Source of the DNA: an uncultured Chthoniobacterales bacterium | GTDB lineage: Bacteria; Verrucomicrobiota; Verrucomicrobiia; Chthoniobacterales; CALDSX01 | Reading direction: 5' to 3' | Length of the DNA stretch: 58,455 nucleotides | NCBI GenBank assembly: GCA_964652295.1 | Contig: CAZZCL010000007.1 | Span: 1-58,455, forward strand | In this document: piece after piece, positions 31,988 to 41,009 of the stretch | Layout: every line of letters starts with the position of its first letter | Position numbering within the stretch: the first letter of the stretch is position 1 | Notes under the pieces: model-generated | What the model was told of the DNA's origin: nothing | The model's database searches: none | Seen by the model: only the letters and a program-made list of their open reading frames with translations | Program-made: the position numbers and the translations under genes

Positions 31988-34119
31988 AAGAGCCTGTCAG
32001 TGAATGGGGCCTCGGGTGCGCCGACGCCCGGCGATTCATCCCAACGCGCAACGAAACCGGCTAGCCATGTCGGTTCGCAGGCGAGTCCGATGCCCCCATA
32101 ATAATCATCCACCGGGTCGTGGACATCGGCGAGGATCATATCGTGCGCACCGGAGAGAGCGGCTTCCGAGCGATCTTCGCAGCGCGCCATCCAATCGGCA
32201 TCGCGATGGTCCACCAGCCAGCGCATGCCGGCGATGGCCGCACCGCGCTGGAAAGTCCGCCAATCGAGATCGGGGTCCAAGCTGGCCCAGTCGAAGCCGA
32301 TCTGTCGGCACATATCGAGACCCATGAGGAGATGCCAGATGACGTTGCGGTCGGTCCACGCCATATAATGCCAGCCAGTGGTGCCGAAGAGAGGCGAGGG
32401 CTCATAAAGCAACTCATGGCGAGCAGCGTGTTCGAGGTGGGTAAAGACAAGTATTGAACGCAGGAAGTGGCGGGCACGTTCGCGGTAAACCGGGTTTCCG
32501 GTCACCGTCCAGCCAAGCCAATAGGCCATCGCTCCATGAATGGCACTGAGCAGATTGGCCCCGTGAAAGGGACATTCCCACCAGTCGCCCCCCTCGGGAC
32601 GGGTGAGGTGGAGGGCGAAATCGAGGGTTCCTGCCGCCTTCTCGAAACAGGCCTCGCGACCGAGAGCGTCGCCAAGCAGGAACAGCAAGATGGCAGGCGT
32701 CATGCTCAGATCGAAAACCGTGGTGCCAGGGAGTCCAAAGGGCTTCCATCGGTCGCTGAATTTGGAGTGCTTCGCGAAGTGGGCGGTTTGGCTTTCCGGA
32801 TCGTACGGAAAATTTCCATCCGTTCGTCGGGCAGCGAGGATGGCTTCCGAGAGACTGGTGAGCTGCTCGTCCGAAAACCAGCGGAGCATTTCGTAGGAGC
32901 CCGGCAGGTGTCGTGGGTGACGCTCGATAAATGGCCCCTGGGCCCGGCACCATGCGGCTTTTTCGCCGAGCGAAGCGGCGAGGGTGCGGTCGGCACCGCT
33001 GGCGATGTACCAGTCCACGAAATGGTGATACATATGGGGCTGGCGCAAGTAGCCTGATCCCCACGGTTTGGCGACGATCCAGGAGCGTGGTCTGGTGCTG
33101 CCAAAAGTCCACCCCACGCCCTCCTTCCAGAAATGAGTATCCAGCGCGCTGGCGGTGCGGTCGAGCAATTCGCGGTCGCTCCAACGGGCTTTCGGCAGGG
33201 CGGGCATTCCATCTCGTTGGCGTTTGAGTGCCAGTGCCTCGATGGCCCCTCCCTCCGTGACGGTGATGGCGGCCTCGATGGTAAGACCAGCGTTGCGCGA
33301 AAGCGTATGTTCGGTGCGAGGGAAGACCTCGTTCTCTTTGCCGCCCCAGGCGGCAGTGGGCAGCATGAGCCCCATGAGATGCTCCGCGCGGCGGTCGATG
33401 AAATTCGGTGAGGCCAGCACGGGCTGGGGGGTGCGGAGGCGGGAGAGCGTCTCCACGTTGTTCTGAACAGCCTTCCATTCCAGAGTGACCGAAATCCCGT
33501 TGCGCGTGAGGGTCATGGCCGGGGTGGTGACTTTGTTGGGATGGGGGGCCACCCGGAGCGCGTTCGAGGGGCCAAAAGCCTCGTTGCCGCTTGTCCATTC
33601 GCCACCAAGCGTCCAGTCGATACCGGGAAAGATCGCCTCGTCACAGTTAACACCGCCCGGCTCGTAAGCGCCCAGCCGGAGCCATGGCCCACGCAACCAA
33701 CGATAGAAGACCTTGAATCGGGCGGCGACCCGAAGCCGGAAGCGCACCGAGGGTTCGTCCGCCGCCAAGCTCAACTCCGCCTCGCCGTCGATGGGGTTGA
33801 TGTTATTCCATGCCATGCAAGGCTCCTCCGGGCGTTGCATTTGCACGGCGAAGCGCAGCGTTCGACTTCCCTCAGATTCGATGACATCGCAGTCTTCCGC
33901 CTCAAGGCGCATTGGGTGAGCATATCCCACGATATCAACTTCACCAAGGTGCTCGAGAATCCCTATGTAATCGCGGGAACCGTTGACCTCCGGACCGAAA
34001 AGCTCCCCCCAGCCCCAGCCGCCGAACCTTTTGTGGACGATGAGCCTCAGGTGGCGATTGGACAGTTCGTGGGATTCGCCACCGTAAGCGGCTTCCCGAT
34101 GGATGCGAGGTTCGAGCAT
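31984..34119 (-). CDS. 711-aa cytoplasmic protein of unknown function (candidate glycan-processing enzyme)
   Basis: A long GC3-rich ORF, translationally coupled to the aldolase gene. I cannot assign a family. The C-terminal half has helix-rich segments (GANLLSAIHGAMAYWLGW...) compatible with an alpha/alpha toroid. Confidence 0.4.
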   Translation of the reverse strand: MLEPRIHREAAYGGESHELSNRHLRLIVHKRFGGWGWGELFGPEVNGSRDYIGILEHLGEVDIVGYAHPMRLEAEDCDVIESEGSRTLRFAVQMQRPEEPCMAWNNINPIDGEAELSLAADEPSVRFRLRVAARFKVFYRWLRGPWLRLGAYEPGGVNCDEAIFPGIDWTLGGEWTSGNEAFGPSNALRVAPHPNKVTTPAMTLTRNGISVTLEWKAVQNNVETLSRLRTPQPVLASPNFIDRRAEHLMGLMLPTAAWGGKENEVFPRTEHTLSRNAGLTIEAAITVTEGGAIEALALKRQRDGMPALPKARWSDRELLDRTASALDTHFWKEGVGWTFGSTRPRSWIVAKPWGSGYLRQPHMYHHFVDWYIASGADRTLAASLGEKAAWCRAQGPFIERHPRHLPGSYEMLRWFSDEQLTSLSEAILAARRTDGNFPYDPESQTAHFAKHSKFSDRWKPFGLPGTTVFDLSMTPAILLFLLGDALGREACFEKAAGTLDFALHLTRPEGGDWWECPFHGANLLSAIHGAMAYWLGWTVTGNPVYRERARHFLRSILVFTHLEHAARHELLYEPSPLFGTTGWHYMAWTDRNVIWHLLMGLDMCRQIGFDWASLDPDLDWRTFQRGAAIAGMRWLVDHRDADWMARCEDRSEAALSGAHDMILADVHDPVDDYYGGIGLACEPTWLAGFVARWDESPGVGAPEAPFTDRLL

Positions 34120-34127
34120 CGGAATCC

Positions 34128-35066
34128 TCAGGGCCTAGGAGCAGCTCCTGCAACCTTGGCGGGCAGTTTTAGAAGAGAGGTCTTCGTGGTGATAAAAACC
34201 GTTTTGCCGTCCGGCCCTCCGAAGCAAAGGTTGATCCCCCGAGGGGCGGTCAGGATGCGTCCGATCAATTCACCCTGCGGGGATCGGATTTCCACTCCCG
34301 CCCCGTTCGTTGCCCAGATATTGCCGAGTGCATCACACTTGATTCCGTCCGCGACGGCTTTTTCTACACTGAACAGTTCCCGGGGATTTCCCAGGGTCTT
34401 GTCATTCAGAACATCATAGGCTTTGATATAGCGCCCCTTGCCGGATTGGGCGACATAGAGAATCTTGCCGTCGGGTGAAAGCGCGATCCCGTTCGGGTGC
34501 GAATTATCATCGGCGACCATCGTGACCGAACCGTCTGAGGGATCGAAGCGATAAACGCCGCTGGTACCGGGCCCTGAGGGGTTTGGCTTGGCACCCCACC
34601 AAGGATCGGTAAACCAAACCGTGCCGTCGGCCCCCACCACGAGGTCGTTGGTCGAGTTGAAGCGCTTTCCGCCAATGCCTTCCGCCAGCGCCTTCCAACT
34701 GCGGTCCTCTTCGATTCGGGCCAACCGCTTGTTGGTGGAATCGCAGGCGTAGAGCGTTCCGTCTGGGGCGATTGCAAGGCTATTGATGGTGCCGGAGTCC
34801 TCGATGAAGGGTTTTACCCCCTCCTCGTCGGTCCAACTGCTGATCCGCTTGCGCTCCATCTCGGTAAAAAGGAGGTGTCCGTCCTCCCCTCCAACCCAAA
34901 CCGGCCCTTCGCCAAAACCGATCCCCTCAGCCAGCGTTTCCACCGTCGCCTTTGGATCGAGGATCTGACTAAACTGTTCGTTATCCACCACCTCCAATTG
35001 CGACGCCGTACAGGTCAGAGGGAGGATCAGGAAGAGGACTTTGGGGAATGCAAAAACGGTTTTCAT
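34128..35066 (-). CDS. Secreted SMP-30/gluconolactonase/LRE-family lactonase
   Basis: Signal peptide VLFLILPLTCTAS. EGPVW near the N-terminus, NDLVVGADGTVWFTDP and PNGIALSPDGKILYVA are typical six-bladed propeller lactonase motifs. Confidence 0.7.
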   Translation of the reverse strand: MKTVFAFPKVLFLILPLTCTASQLEVVDNEQFSQILDPKATVETLAEGIGFGEGPVWVGGEDGHLLFTEMERKRISSWTDEEGVKPFIEDSGTINSLAIAPDGTLYACDSTNKRLARIEEDRSWKALAEGIGGKRFNSTNDLVVGADGTVWFTDPWWGAKPNPSGPGTSGVYRFDPSDGSVTMVADDNSHPNGIALSPDGKILYVAQSGKGRYIKAYDVLNDKTLGNPRELFSVEKAVADGIKCDALGNIWATNGAGVEIRSPQGELIGRILTAPRGINLCFGGPDGKTVFITTKTSLLKLPAKVAGAAPRP

Positions 35067-35191
35067 GGTTAAATTACTTCACGAAACCATAATGAGCCCA
35101 TTTCGGGCGATAAAGCTAAGAAGTTGTGATCCTGTTGCGCGTTGAGAGGCTTGGACTACAAAGAGAGACATGGAATGAGGCAGTGGTTTTT

Positions 35192-35199
35192 TGATATCA
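35192..35199. promoter_or_regulatory. TGATATCA palindrome in the divergent promoter region (candidate operator)
   Basis: An 8-bp perfect palindrome about 60 nt upstream of the RHH-LacI regulator gene, in the 192-bp divergent intergenic region. It shares TGATAT with the GTGATAT boxes at 42718 and 44007. Confidence 0.2.
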
Positions 35200-35258
35200 T
35201 TTGAGTCCCTCCTTGGTTCACAATCGTTGGAGTTCTGCTATAGGTAGAAAGGAGAACG

Positions 35259-36539
35259 ATGTCTCCCCGAGATAGCACACCCAGCGGACGGTTTGTTCTG
35301 CGCATCGATCCAATATTGCATGGTGCCTTGGCAGGTCAGGCGCATCAGGCCGGGAAGAGCCTCAACGCGTTGATCACCGAGCGTTTGGAAAGAGGCGTTT
35401 ATGCGTATGACGCCGATTTGGAAATGCCGGGACGCGAGCTAAGCGGGCCGCGGAAACGGGTGACCTTTGCCATGATTGCCCAAGCGGCGGGCTGCTCCAA
35501 AGCAACCGTCTCGCGAGCCTTGGCTGGCGACCTGCGGATAGGAGAGGCGACCCGCCATCGAGTGCAGACAACGGCGAGAGAAATGGGCTATCGCCCAGAC
35601 CCCGCGTTGGGCTCCCTTGCGGCACATCGTTGGGGACGTGGACGCGAGATGAACCGGACCGTCGGCATGGTTGTTCCGAATGAAAACCAGTTTCACCGAG
35701 TGGGAGAAGGGGTCATCGCCAGTGCCAAGCGGATGGGTTATCGGGTGGACACCCTCGCCATGGACACTCTCGGGGGTGCGGAGCGGGTGGTGAAGGTGGC
35801 GCGCGCCAGAGGGCTGTACGGACTTATTTTTCTTCCCGTCCCGGATGACCAGCCGACGCTCCATTACAATTTGGACGGGTTGGCGGGCATCTGCGTGGTT
35901 CGCACTTCGCAGAGTCCACCCGTGCATGGAGTGACCGGGGACATGTTTCTCCCGACTTTGGATTCCATTTTGACGGCGGTGGAACGCGGATACCGGCGGA
36001 TTTCACCCGTTCTTTACGCTTCGCCTCAATTTGAGCATCCCGGAACGAGCACTCTGGCTCAGCAGTGGCGTCCCGTGCAATCGGGGGATATTGCCTTTAG
36101 CAATGCCGAGCAGCACATTCGCCGACGCGCCGCAGTTGCCCTTCTGCGGGAGGAACTAGCGGGCCGGGCCGAGGTGCTACCGAGCTATGAGGGGCCCATC
36201 GGGCGGCAGGGCCGCCGGGACATGGCCAGCTGGGTGCGACAGCAAAATCCCGATTGCGTGGTGGGTTTGAACGACAGCGTTTTCTGGGGTCTCTGGGAGG
36301 CTGGCATGAAGGCACCACACGACTTGGGGTATTGTTCCATCCTGGGTAGCCGCGACAAGCCTGACGTCCTGCCACAATGCACAGGCTTTTTGCCGCACTT
36401 CGACGAAATGGCCGCCCTCGCGGTAAACTGGCTCGACCAATTATTGCGTCATCATGAAACCGGATACCCGGAGCGGCCCCAGACCCTCAGAGTCGAGCCA
36501 GAGTGGAAAGAAGGCGATACTCTTCCCCGGAAATGCTGA
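35259..36539 (+). CDS. Fusion regulator: Arc/HicB-like ribbon-helix-helix N-domain plus a LacI-family HTH and sugar-binding domain
   Basis: Strong SD (AAGGAG 5 nt before the ATG). Residues ~10-45, GRFVLRIDPILHGALAGQAHQAGKSLNALITERLERG, fit the Arc-type RHH pattern. Residues ~68-115, VTFAMIAQAAGCSKATVSRALAG...REMGYRPDP, form a LacI HTH. The remainder is a periplasmic-binding-protein-like domain. Confidence 0.7.
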   Translation: MSPRDSTPSGRFVLRIDPILHGALAGQAHQAGKSLNALITERLERGVYAYDADLEMPGRELSGPRKRVTFAMIAQAAGCSKATVSRALAGDLRIGEATRHRVQTTAREMGYRPDPALGSLAAHRWGRGREMNRTVGMVVPNENQFHRVGEGVIASAKRMGYRVDTLAMDTLGGAERVVKVARARGLYGLIFLPVPDDQPTLHYNLDGLAGICVVRTSQSPPVHGVTGDMFLPTLDSILTAVERGYRRISPVLYASPQFEHPGTSTLAQQWRPVQSGDIAFSNAEQHIRRRAAVALLREELAGRAEVLPSYEGPIGRQGRRDMASWVRQQNPDCVVGLNDSVFWGLWEAGMKAPHDLGYCSILGSRDKPDVLPQCTGFLPHFDEMAALAVNWLDQLLRHHETGYPERPQTLRVEPEWKEGDTLPRKC

Positions 36540-36630
36540 GAGATTGGGTTTCGGGGTGCCAAGGAATCTGGTTTGGAAAACTGCTGACCCCGCACGTGCG
36601 CCAGCACCATTGTACCATCTGGCAAGGGCT

Positions 36631-37467
36631 TCAGGTTGGATGTGCGCCACGGATGGCTTTTCGGTAGCGCATGGGAGACATTCCGTAGCGGCTTTTGAAG
36701 AGGCGGTGAAGCTGGGCCGTCGATTGAAACCCGCAGTCGAGCGCGATATCGCAGATTGAACGCGGGGTGAGGCGCAATTCATGCTCGGCAAAACGCATGC
36801 GCTGCTCCTGCACAAGGGAGACAGGAGGGCGGCCCAGAAAATGCTGGCACACCCGGGAAACATGTTCGTGTGAACGTCCGGCGGCTTTAACAAAGGCTGG
36901 CACGCCTCCGGCAAAGATTTGGGGGTCGATCAAGCGGGTGAGTGCATCGCCAAGCCACTCTGGTGCCCCCGAGGGAATTTTCCATTCCACCCCGGGCTCG
37001 GGCAGGACAGCGCTGAGCAAACCGCAGAAGAGCGCGACGGCCCGGAAGCGAGTGGGATGCCCAACCGCAAACTCTTGGATGAGCAGGCTTGCTTGAAAGG
37101 GGTCATGAATGGGGATGCAGCGTGGCCTCGGGCCACCATCATACAGGAGACCAAACTCCTTCGGGAACTCGCGCTCAAAAATCCGTAGCACATCAGGATG
37201 AAATTCTATGTTGTTGAGTACAAAACGATTGTGCCCCACGGTGGACAAGGCATGCACGTCGCCAGGCCGCATCGCCACGAGTTCACCAGGACGCAAGGGT
37301 TCTCTCGACCCGTTCACCGCATGGTGGCATTTGGCTCCCTTAATCCAAAAAAGTTCTGGATAATCGTGAGTATGAAGCGGATGCAACAGACCACGCTCGC
37401 ATGTGCAGACAACGACTCGATAGGCCTCGTCAGGGCCCATGCGCTTTTTCCAACTCAGGACTAGCAT
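36631..37467 (-). CDS. AraC-family transcriptional regulator with N-terminal cupin
   Basis: The cupin region reads LHPLHTHDYPELFWI. The C-terminal AraC HTH reads ICDIALDCGFQSTAQLHRLFKSRYGMSPMRYRK. Confidence 0.8.
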   Translation of the reverse strand: MLVLSWKKRMGPDEAYRVVVCTCERGLLHPLHTHDYPELFWIKGAKCHHAVNGSREPLRPGELVAMRPGDVHALSTVGHNRFVLNNIEFHPDVLRIFEREFPKEFGLLYDGGPRPRCIPIHDPFQASLLIQEFAVGHPTRFRAVALFCGLLSAVLPEPGVEWKIPSGAPEWLGDALTRLIDPQIFAGGVPAFVKAAGRSHEHVSRVCQHFLGRPPVSLVQEQRMRFAEHELRLTPRSICDIALDCGFQSTAQLHRLFKSRYGMSPMRYRKAIRGAHPT

Positions 37468-37539
37468 GGTGAGTTAATCAAGAAATGATCGAAATTTGTC
37501 AACTGCAAGGACGATTTTTTTTGCGTCAACGATAGTATC

Positions 37540-38526
37540 GTGGAGATGCGCATACTTTTTATTGGTGGAACAGGGAATATCAGCGCTGCTAGCAGCCGCC
37601 TTGTGGTGGAGCGGGGCATGGATTTGTCGCTGCTTCAGCGGGGAAAAAGTCAGAATTCCGTCGATGGTGTCACCAGCATCGTTGGAGATATCAAAACCCC
37701 GGGGGTGGTAGCCGCCGCTCTCGAAGGGCTTCAGTGGGATGCAGTGGTCAATTGGATTGCCTTCACGCCGGAGGATATCGAGCGGGACATCGAACTTTTC
37801 CGGGGAAAAACCCGGCAGTATATCTTCATCAGTTCCGCATCGGTCTATCAGAAGCCGTTGGCAGATCCGGTCATCACGGAATCCACGCCGCTAAAAAATC
37901 CCTTCTGGGAATATTCCCGCAAGAAAATCGAAGCGGAGGAGCGACTCAATCGGGCCTATCGGGACGAAGACTTCCCCGGGGTGATTGTACGGCCGTCACT
38001 GACCTACGACACGGTCATTCCCCTGGCCATCGGATCCTGGGATGATTTCACGATGATCGACCGGATGCGTGCGGGCAAACAGGTCGTCGTGCATGGCGAT
38101 GGCAGCAACCTCTGGACGGTGACACACTCGGAAGACTTCGCGTTGGGTCTCGTGGGACTTCTTGGCAACCCCGCCACAATCGGGCACGCGTTTCATATCA
38201 CATCGGACGAAGTGCTCACCTGGGATGAAATTTGGAGACAGTGCGCTGCTGCCGCAGGGTGCGAGGCAAACATTGTGCATGTGCCAAGCGAAACGATCGC
38301 AAGCATGGATGACTTTCAGAAGGGCAATCTCTTGGGAGACAAGGCCGTGAGCGCGATCTTCGACAACTCGAAGATCAAGCGCTTCGTCCCAGACTTCCAA
38401 GCCCGTATCCCGTGGCGAACGGGCATTCGCCGCACCATCGAATGGTTCGAGGCGAAGCCATCCCGGATGCGGATCGTCGAGGGGCACAACGCGATCCACG
38501 ACAAAATTCTCGCTGCTTACTTATGA
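37540..38526 (+). CDS. NAD-dependent epimerase/dehydratase (extended SDR)
   Basis: The N-terminal Rossmann motif ILFIGGTGNIS is present, and length and pattern fit extended SDRs. Confidence 0.7.
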   Translation: MEMRILFIGGTGNISAASSRLVVERGMDLSLLQRGKSQNSVDGVTSIVGDIKTPGVVAAALEGLQWDAVVNWIAFTPEDIERDIELFRGKTRQYIFISSASVYQKPLADPVITESTPLKNPFWEYSRKKIEAEERLNRAYRDEDFPGVIVRPSLTYDTVIPLAIGSWDDFTMIDRMRAGKQVVVHGDGSNLWTVTHSEDFALGLVGLLGNPATIGHAFHITSDEVLTWDEIWRQCAAAAGCEANIVHVPSETIASMDDFQKGNLLGDKAVSAIFDNSKIKRFVPDFQARIPWRTGIRRTIEWFEAKPSRMRIVEGHNAIHDKILAAYL

Positions 38527-39533
38527 ACACAAAATGCAATCTCGGAATCTTTGGCTGCGGCGATTTTCTTCGCTGGCAGGCGGATGCACTTCAAACAAGC
38601 CAGCGCGTGCAGGTAGCCGCGCTCTACGATCCTGATCGCGCACGCGCCGAAGCTTTTGCAAATCAGGTGGGCGGTCGGGCGGTGGTCGATGGGGAGGAGA
38701 TTTTTGCCGATCCAGAGATCGACATCATCTGTCTCTTCGTGCCACCATGGCTGCGACGCCCGCTCTTTGACCGTGCGGTCGCGGCGGGCAAGCATGTGCT
38801 TGCGACCAAGCCGGTAGCATCCTCAATAGCGGACGCCGAGGCGATGGTAAGTTCGGCGGAGGGCAAAGTGCGCTGCGGAGTGTTCTATGGACGCACCGGC
38901 GACAGATGGGCAGAGGGGGCGAGGGCACTCTTCGAATCGGGTGAGGTAGGCCGCTTGGCCCTCTACAAGCAGGATTGGCTCCACCACTACCCAATGTGGA
39001 ACAACTGGGCGCTCGACCCTGTAAAGAACGGTGGGCCCTTCATGGATGCGATGATCCACAACCTGAATCTCGCGCGCTATCTCATGGGGCGTCCGTTGAC
39101 TGCGGCCACATGGTTCAGCGAACGTCTCTCCCACCCCGATATTCCCTGTGCGGACACGGAAATGGTGAAGGCCGACTTTGAGGCGGGTGGCGCGGCCTAC
39201 CTCTTCATCACATGGGCGGCGGATCTCGAGGTTTTCAACAACACCGGCAACAACCGCGACCACATTGATCTCTTCTATATGGTCAGTGACCAAGGTTGGC
39301 ATTTGACGAAGATGGTCCAAGACAAGTGTCCCGGCATCTTTGCGAAGCGCAACGGCGAGGAGCGGTTTTTCGCTTTCCCCCCACTGGCCGCGACGGCCTA
39401 CGACCGCTTTATCGAGGCGGTCGAGTCCGGTGCCCCCAACCCCGGCGACGTTCCCGATCTCGCCCATGCCGCTTTCGATATCCGGCTGGTGCGCACCCTT
39501 GGCGAAAAGCCCTTCAACCACATCACTCTCTAG
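38523..39533 (+). CDS. Gfo/Idh/MocA-family oxidoreductase
   Basis: ORF 38412..39533 trimmed to ATG 38523 (ATGA overlap). LGIFGCGDFLRWQADAL...AALYDPDRARAEAFA is the typical N-terminal Rossmann region of this family. Confidence 0.7.
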   Translation: MNTKCNLGIFGCGDFLRWQADALQTSQRVQVAALYDPDRARAEAFANQVGGRAVVDGEEIFADPEIDIICLFVPPWLRRPLFDRAVAAGKHVLATKPVASSIADAEAMVSSAEGKVRCGVFYGRTGDRWAEGARALFESGEVGRLALYKQDWLHHYPMWNNWALDPVKNGGPFMDAMIHNLNLARYLMGRPLTAATWFSERLSHPDIPCADTEMVKADFEAGGAAYLFITWAADLEVFNNTGNNRDHIDLFYMVSDQGWHLTKMVQDKCPGIFAKRNGEERFFAFPPLAATAYDRFIEAVESGAPNPGDVPDLAHAAFDIRLVRTLGEKPFNHITL

Positions 39534-39575
39534 CCCGACAAGGCTGGAGATCCGTTTCTGACCGGAGAGAAAAGG

Positions 39576-41009
39576 ATGGCGAGGATGTCAACGTCCGCGC
39601 CTCTCCGGGTCATCCGTGCCCGTCCTGTTCTCCCCCCCTCCCTCGACACCTGCCGCATGAACCAAGGCGGGCCCACCTACATTTTCAATAACGTCGTGCG
39701 CAACCCGGTGGGGTTCGCCAACTAAAAACTGCGGCAAAACAAAACCGACGACCCCAACAACTTCGGTTTCGCCTACTACGTAGACGGCGGGTTTCAGAAA
39801 TACCTCTTCAACAATTTCGCATGGGGCGGCGACAACTCCATCGACGGCAAATACGGCAACCTCTCCGCGTTCCAGACGCTCTGGAGCTTCCAGAATGCGA
39901 TTTTCAACAACACTGCCTATCGCTTTATCCAAGTCTCCCGCAACCAGTCCCCGGCCCTCGGTCGCTGGGCCTACCTTGGAAATATTTATCAGGATGTCTC
40001 TCAATTCGTTTTTCGCCACGGCAACCCAAAAGGGGGGGAGGCGGATGCCAATGCGGCGGATGCAAGTGGAGAGGTTGCGGGCTTTGACTTTTCCACGGCT
40101 GCCTATGCGCGAAACGTCTTCCATGATATCTCGGGAGCCTTCGGTGTCTTCGAGCCGGACGGCTCCGTTTATCTATCCCTCGAGTCGTTCCGGGCGGCGC
40201 TGGAGCGACGGGAAGTGTTGCGTTCCGAAGTTGGGACGATGGCCGGGGCCGCCCCGCTCCGGGACCCGGAGCGTCTGGACATGCGTCCGGTCGCGGGATC
40301 CGGGGTGGAGCATCGGGGTGTCCGCTTTTTTGTTCCGTGGGGCTTGTTCGCAGCCGTCGGCGAGTGGCACTTCTTCGAGGACGAGAACCGCCCGGGGATC
40401 GTCCCCGACTATCATTGGTATATGCAGCCACCCTATCTCGACCGGCGCACTTATATTGAAATGCCCCGCTTCCCCCTTTTCGCGGCTTGGGCGAAGCCCG
40501 ATGACTACAAACCTGGCCTTCTGGAGGACTGGTGCGACGGCGCATTGCTCTTCTCCGGCCATCCCGCCGTGGTGCCACCCGAACCGCTCGTGACCGGAGA
40601 CTGGTATCATCTCGTCGCCGAGACGGATCGGGCCAACTCCTCCGCCCGCATCTTCCTCAATGGGGTCCCAGCCGGGGGTCCTGCGGTCAACGCCGCCGCC
40701 TCACTCTCCAACCCCGCCCCGGTCGAGGTCGGCCGCGGATTCTTCGGACTCATCTACCTTGACGACCTCTGGCCACTGCTCACGGCAACCCCGGGGGCAC
40801 CGCTTCCTCACGACTCCTTCGCCTATTACCGCGCTTCAACAATGGAAGCATTTCGGCACGGGCCTTGGAAATTATTTGTCGCCGGAACCGAAAAGGGAAA
40901 ACTCTACCATCTGGACAGCGATCTCCATGAGACAGCTGGCCTCGCCGATCCATTCCAGAACCCGGACGGCGATGCCAGCGCACCCAGGGACTTCTCTATT
41001 GCTCCGTGA
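39576..41009 (+). pseudogene. Mosaic pseudogene: 5'-truncated right-handed beta-helix, LamG-like domain and sulfatase C-terminal subdomain, ending in a truncated start of the shared C-terminal module
   Basis: A single reading frame runs from ATG 39576 to 41009, interrupted by an in-frame TAA at 39723-39725. Beta-helix turns are YIFNNVVRN, YLFNNFAWGG, AIFNNTAY and GNIYQDV. The LamG-like part is GDWYHLVAETDRANSSARIFLNGV...VEVGRGFFGLIYLDD. This is followed by LWPLLTATPGAPLPHDSFAYYRASTMEAFRHGPWKLFVAG, homologous to residues ~352-391 of the 53011 sulfatase. The ORF then ends AGLADPFQNPDGDASAPRDFSIAP. Confidence 0.65.

Noticed and set aside
32414-33598. A 394-aa alternative-frame ORF inside the 711-aa gene on the same strand.
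   Set aside because: It is extremely Arg/Pro/Gly-rich nonsense composition. The 31984..34119 frame is the one coupled to its neighbours.
36591-36600. A 10-bp palindrome CGCACGTGCG between the convergent LacI-type and AraC-type genes.
   Set aside because: It is short and GC-rich, has no flanking T-tract and lies in no promoter context. It is likely chance.
37498-37530. A direct repeat of GTCAAC (37498 and 37525) and the palindrome CGATA-G-TATCG before the SDR gene, considered as AraC sites.
   Set aside because: Hexamer repeats at 27-bp spacing are easily produced by chance, and I have no supporting conservation data.
39588-40578. Minus-strand ORFs 39588..40124 and 39925..40578, and the plus-strand alternative frames across the pseudogene.
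   Set aside because: They are Arg/Pro-rich shadow frames. The beta-helix/LamG/sulfatase-like frame explains the region.
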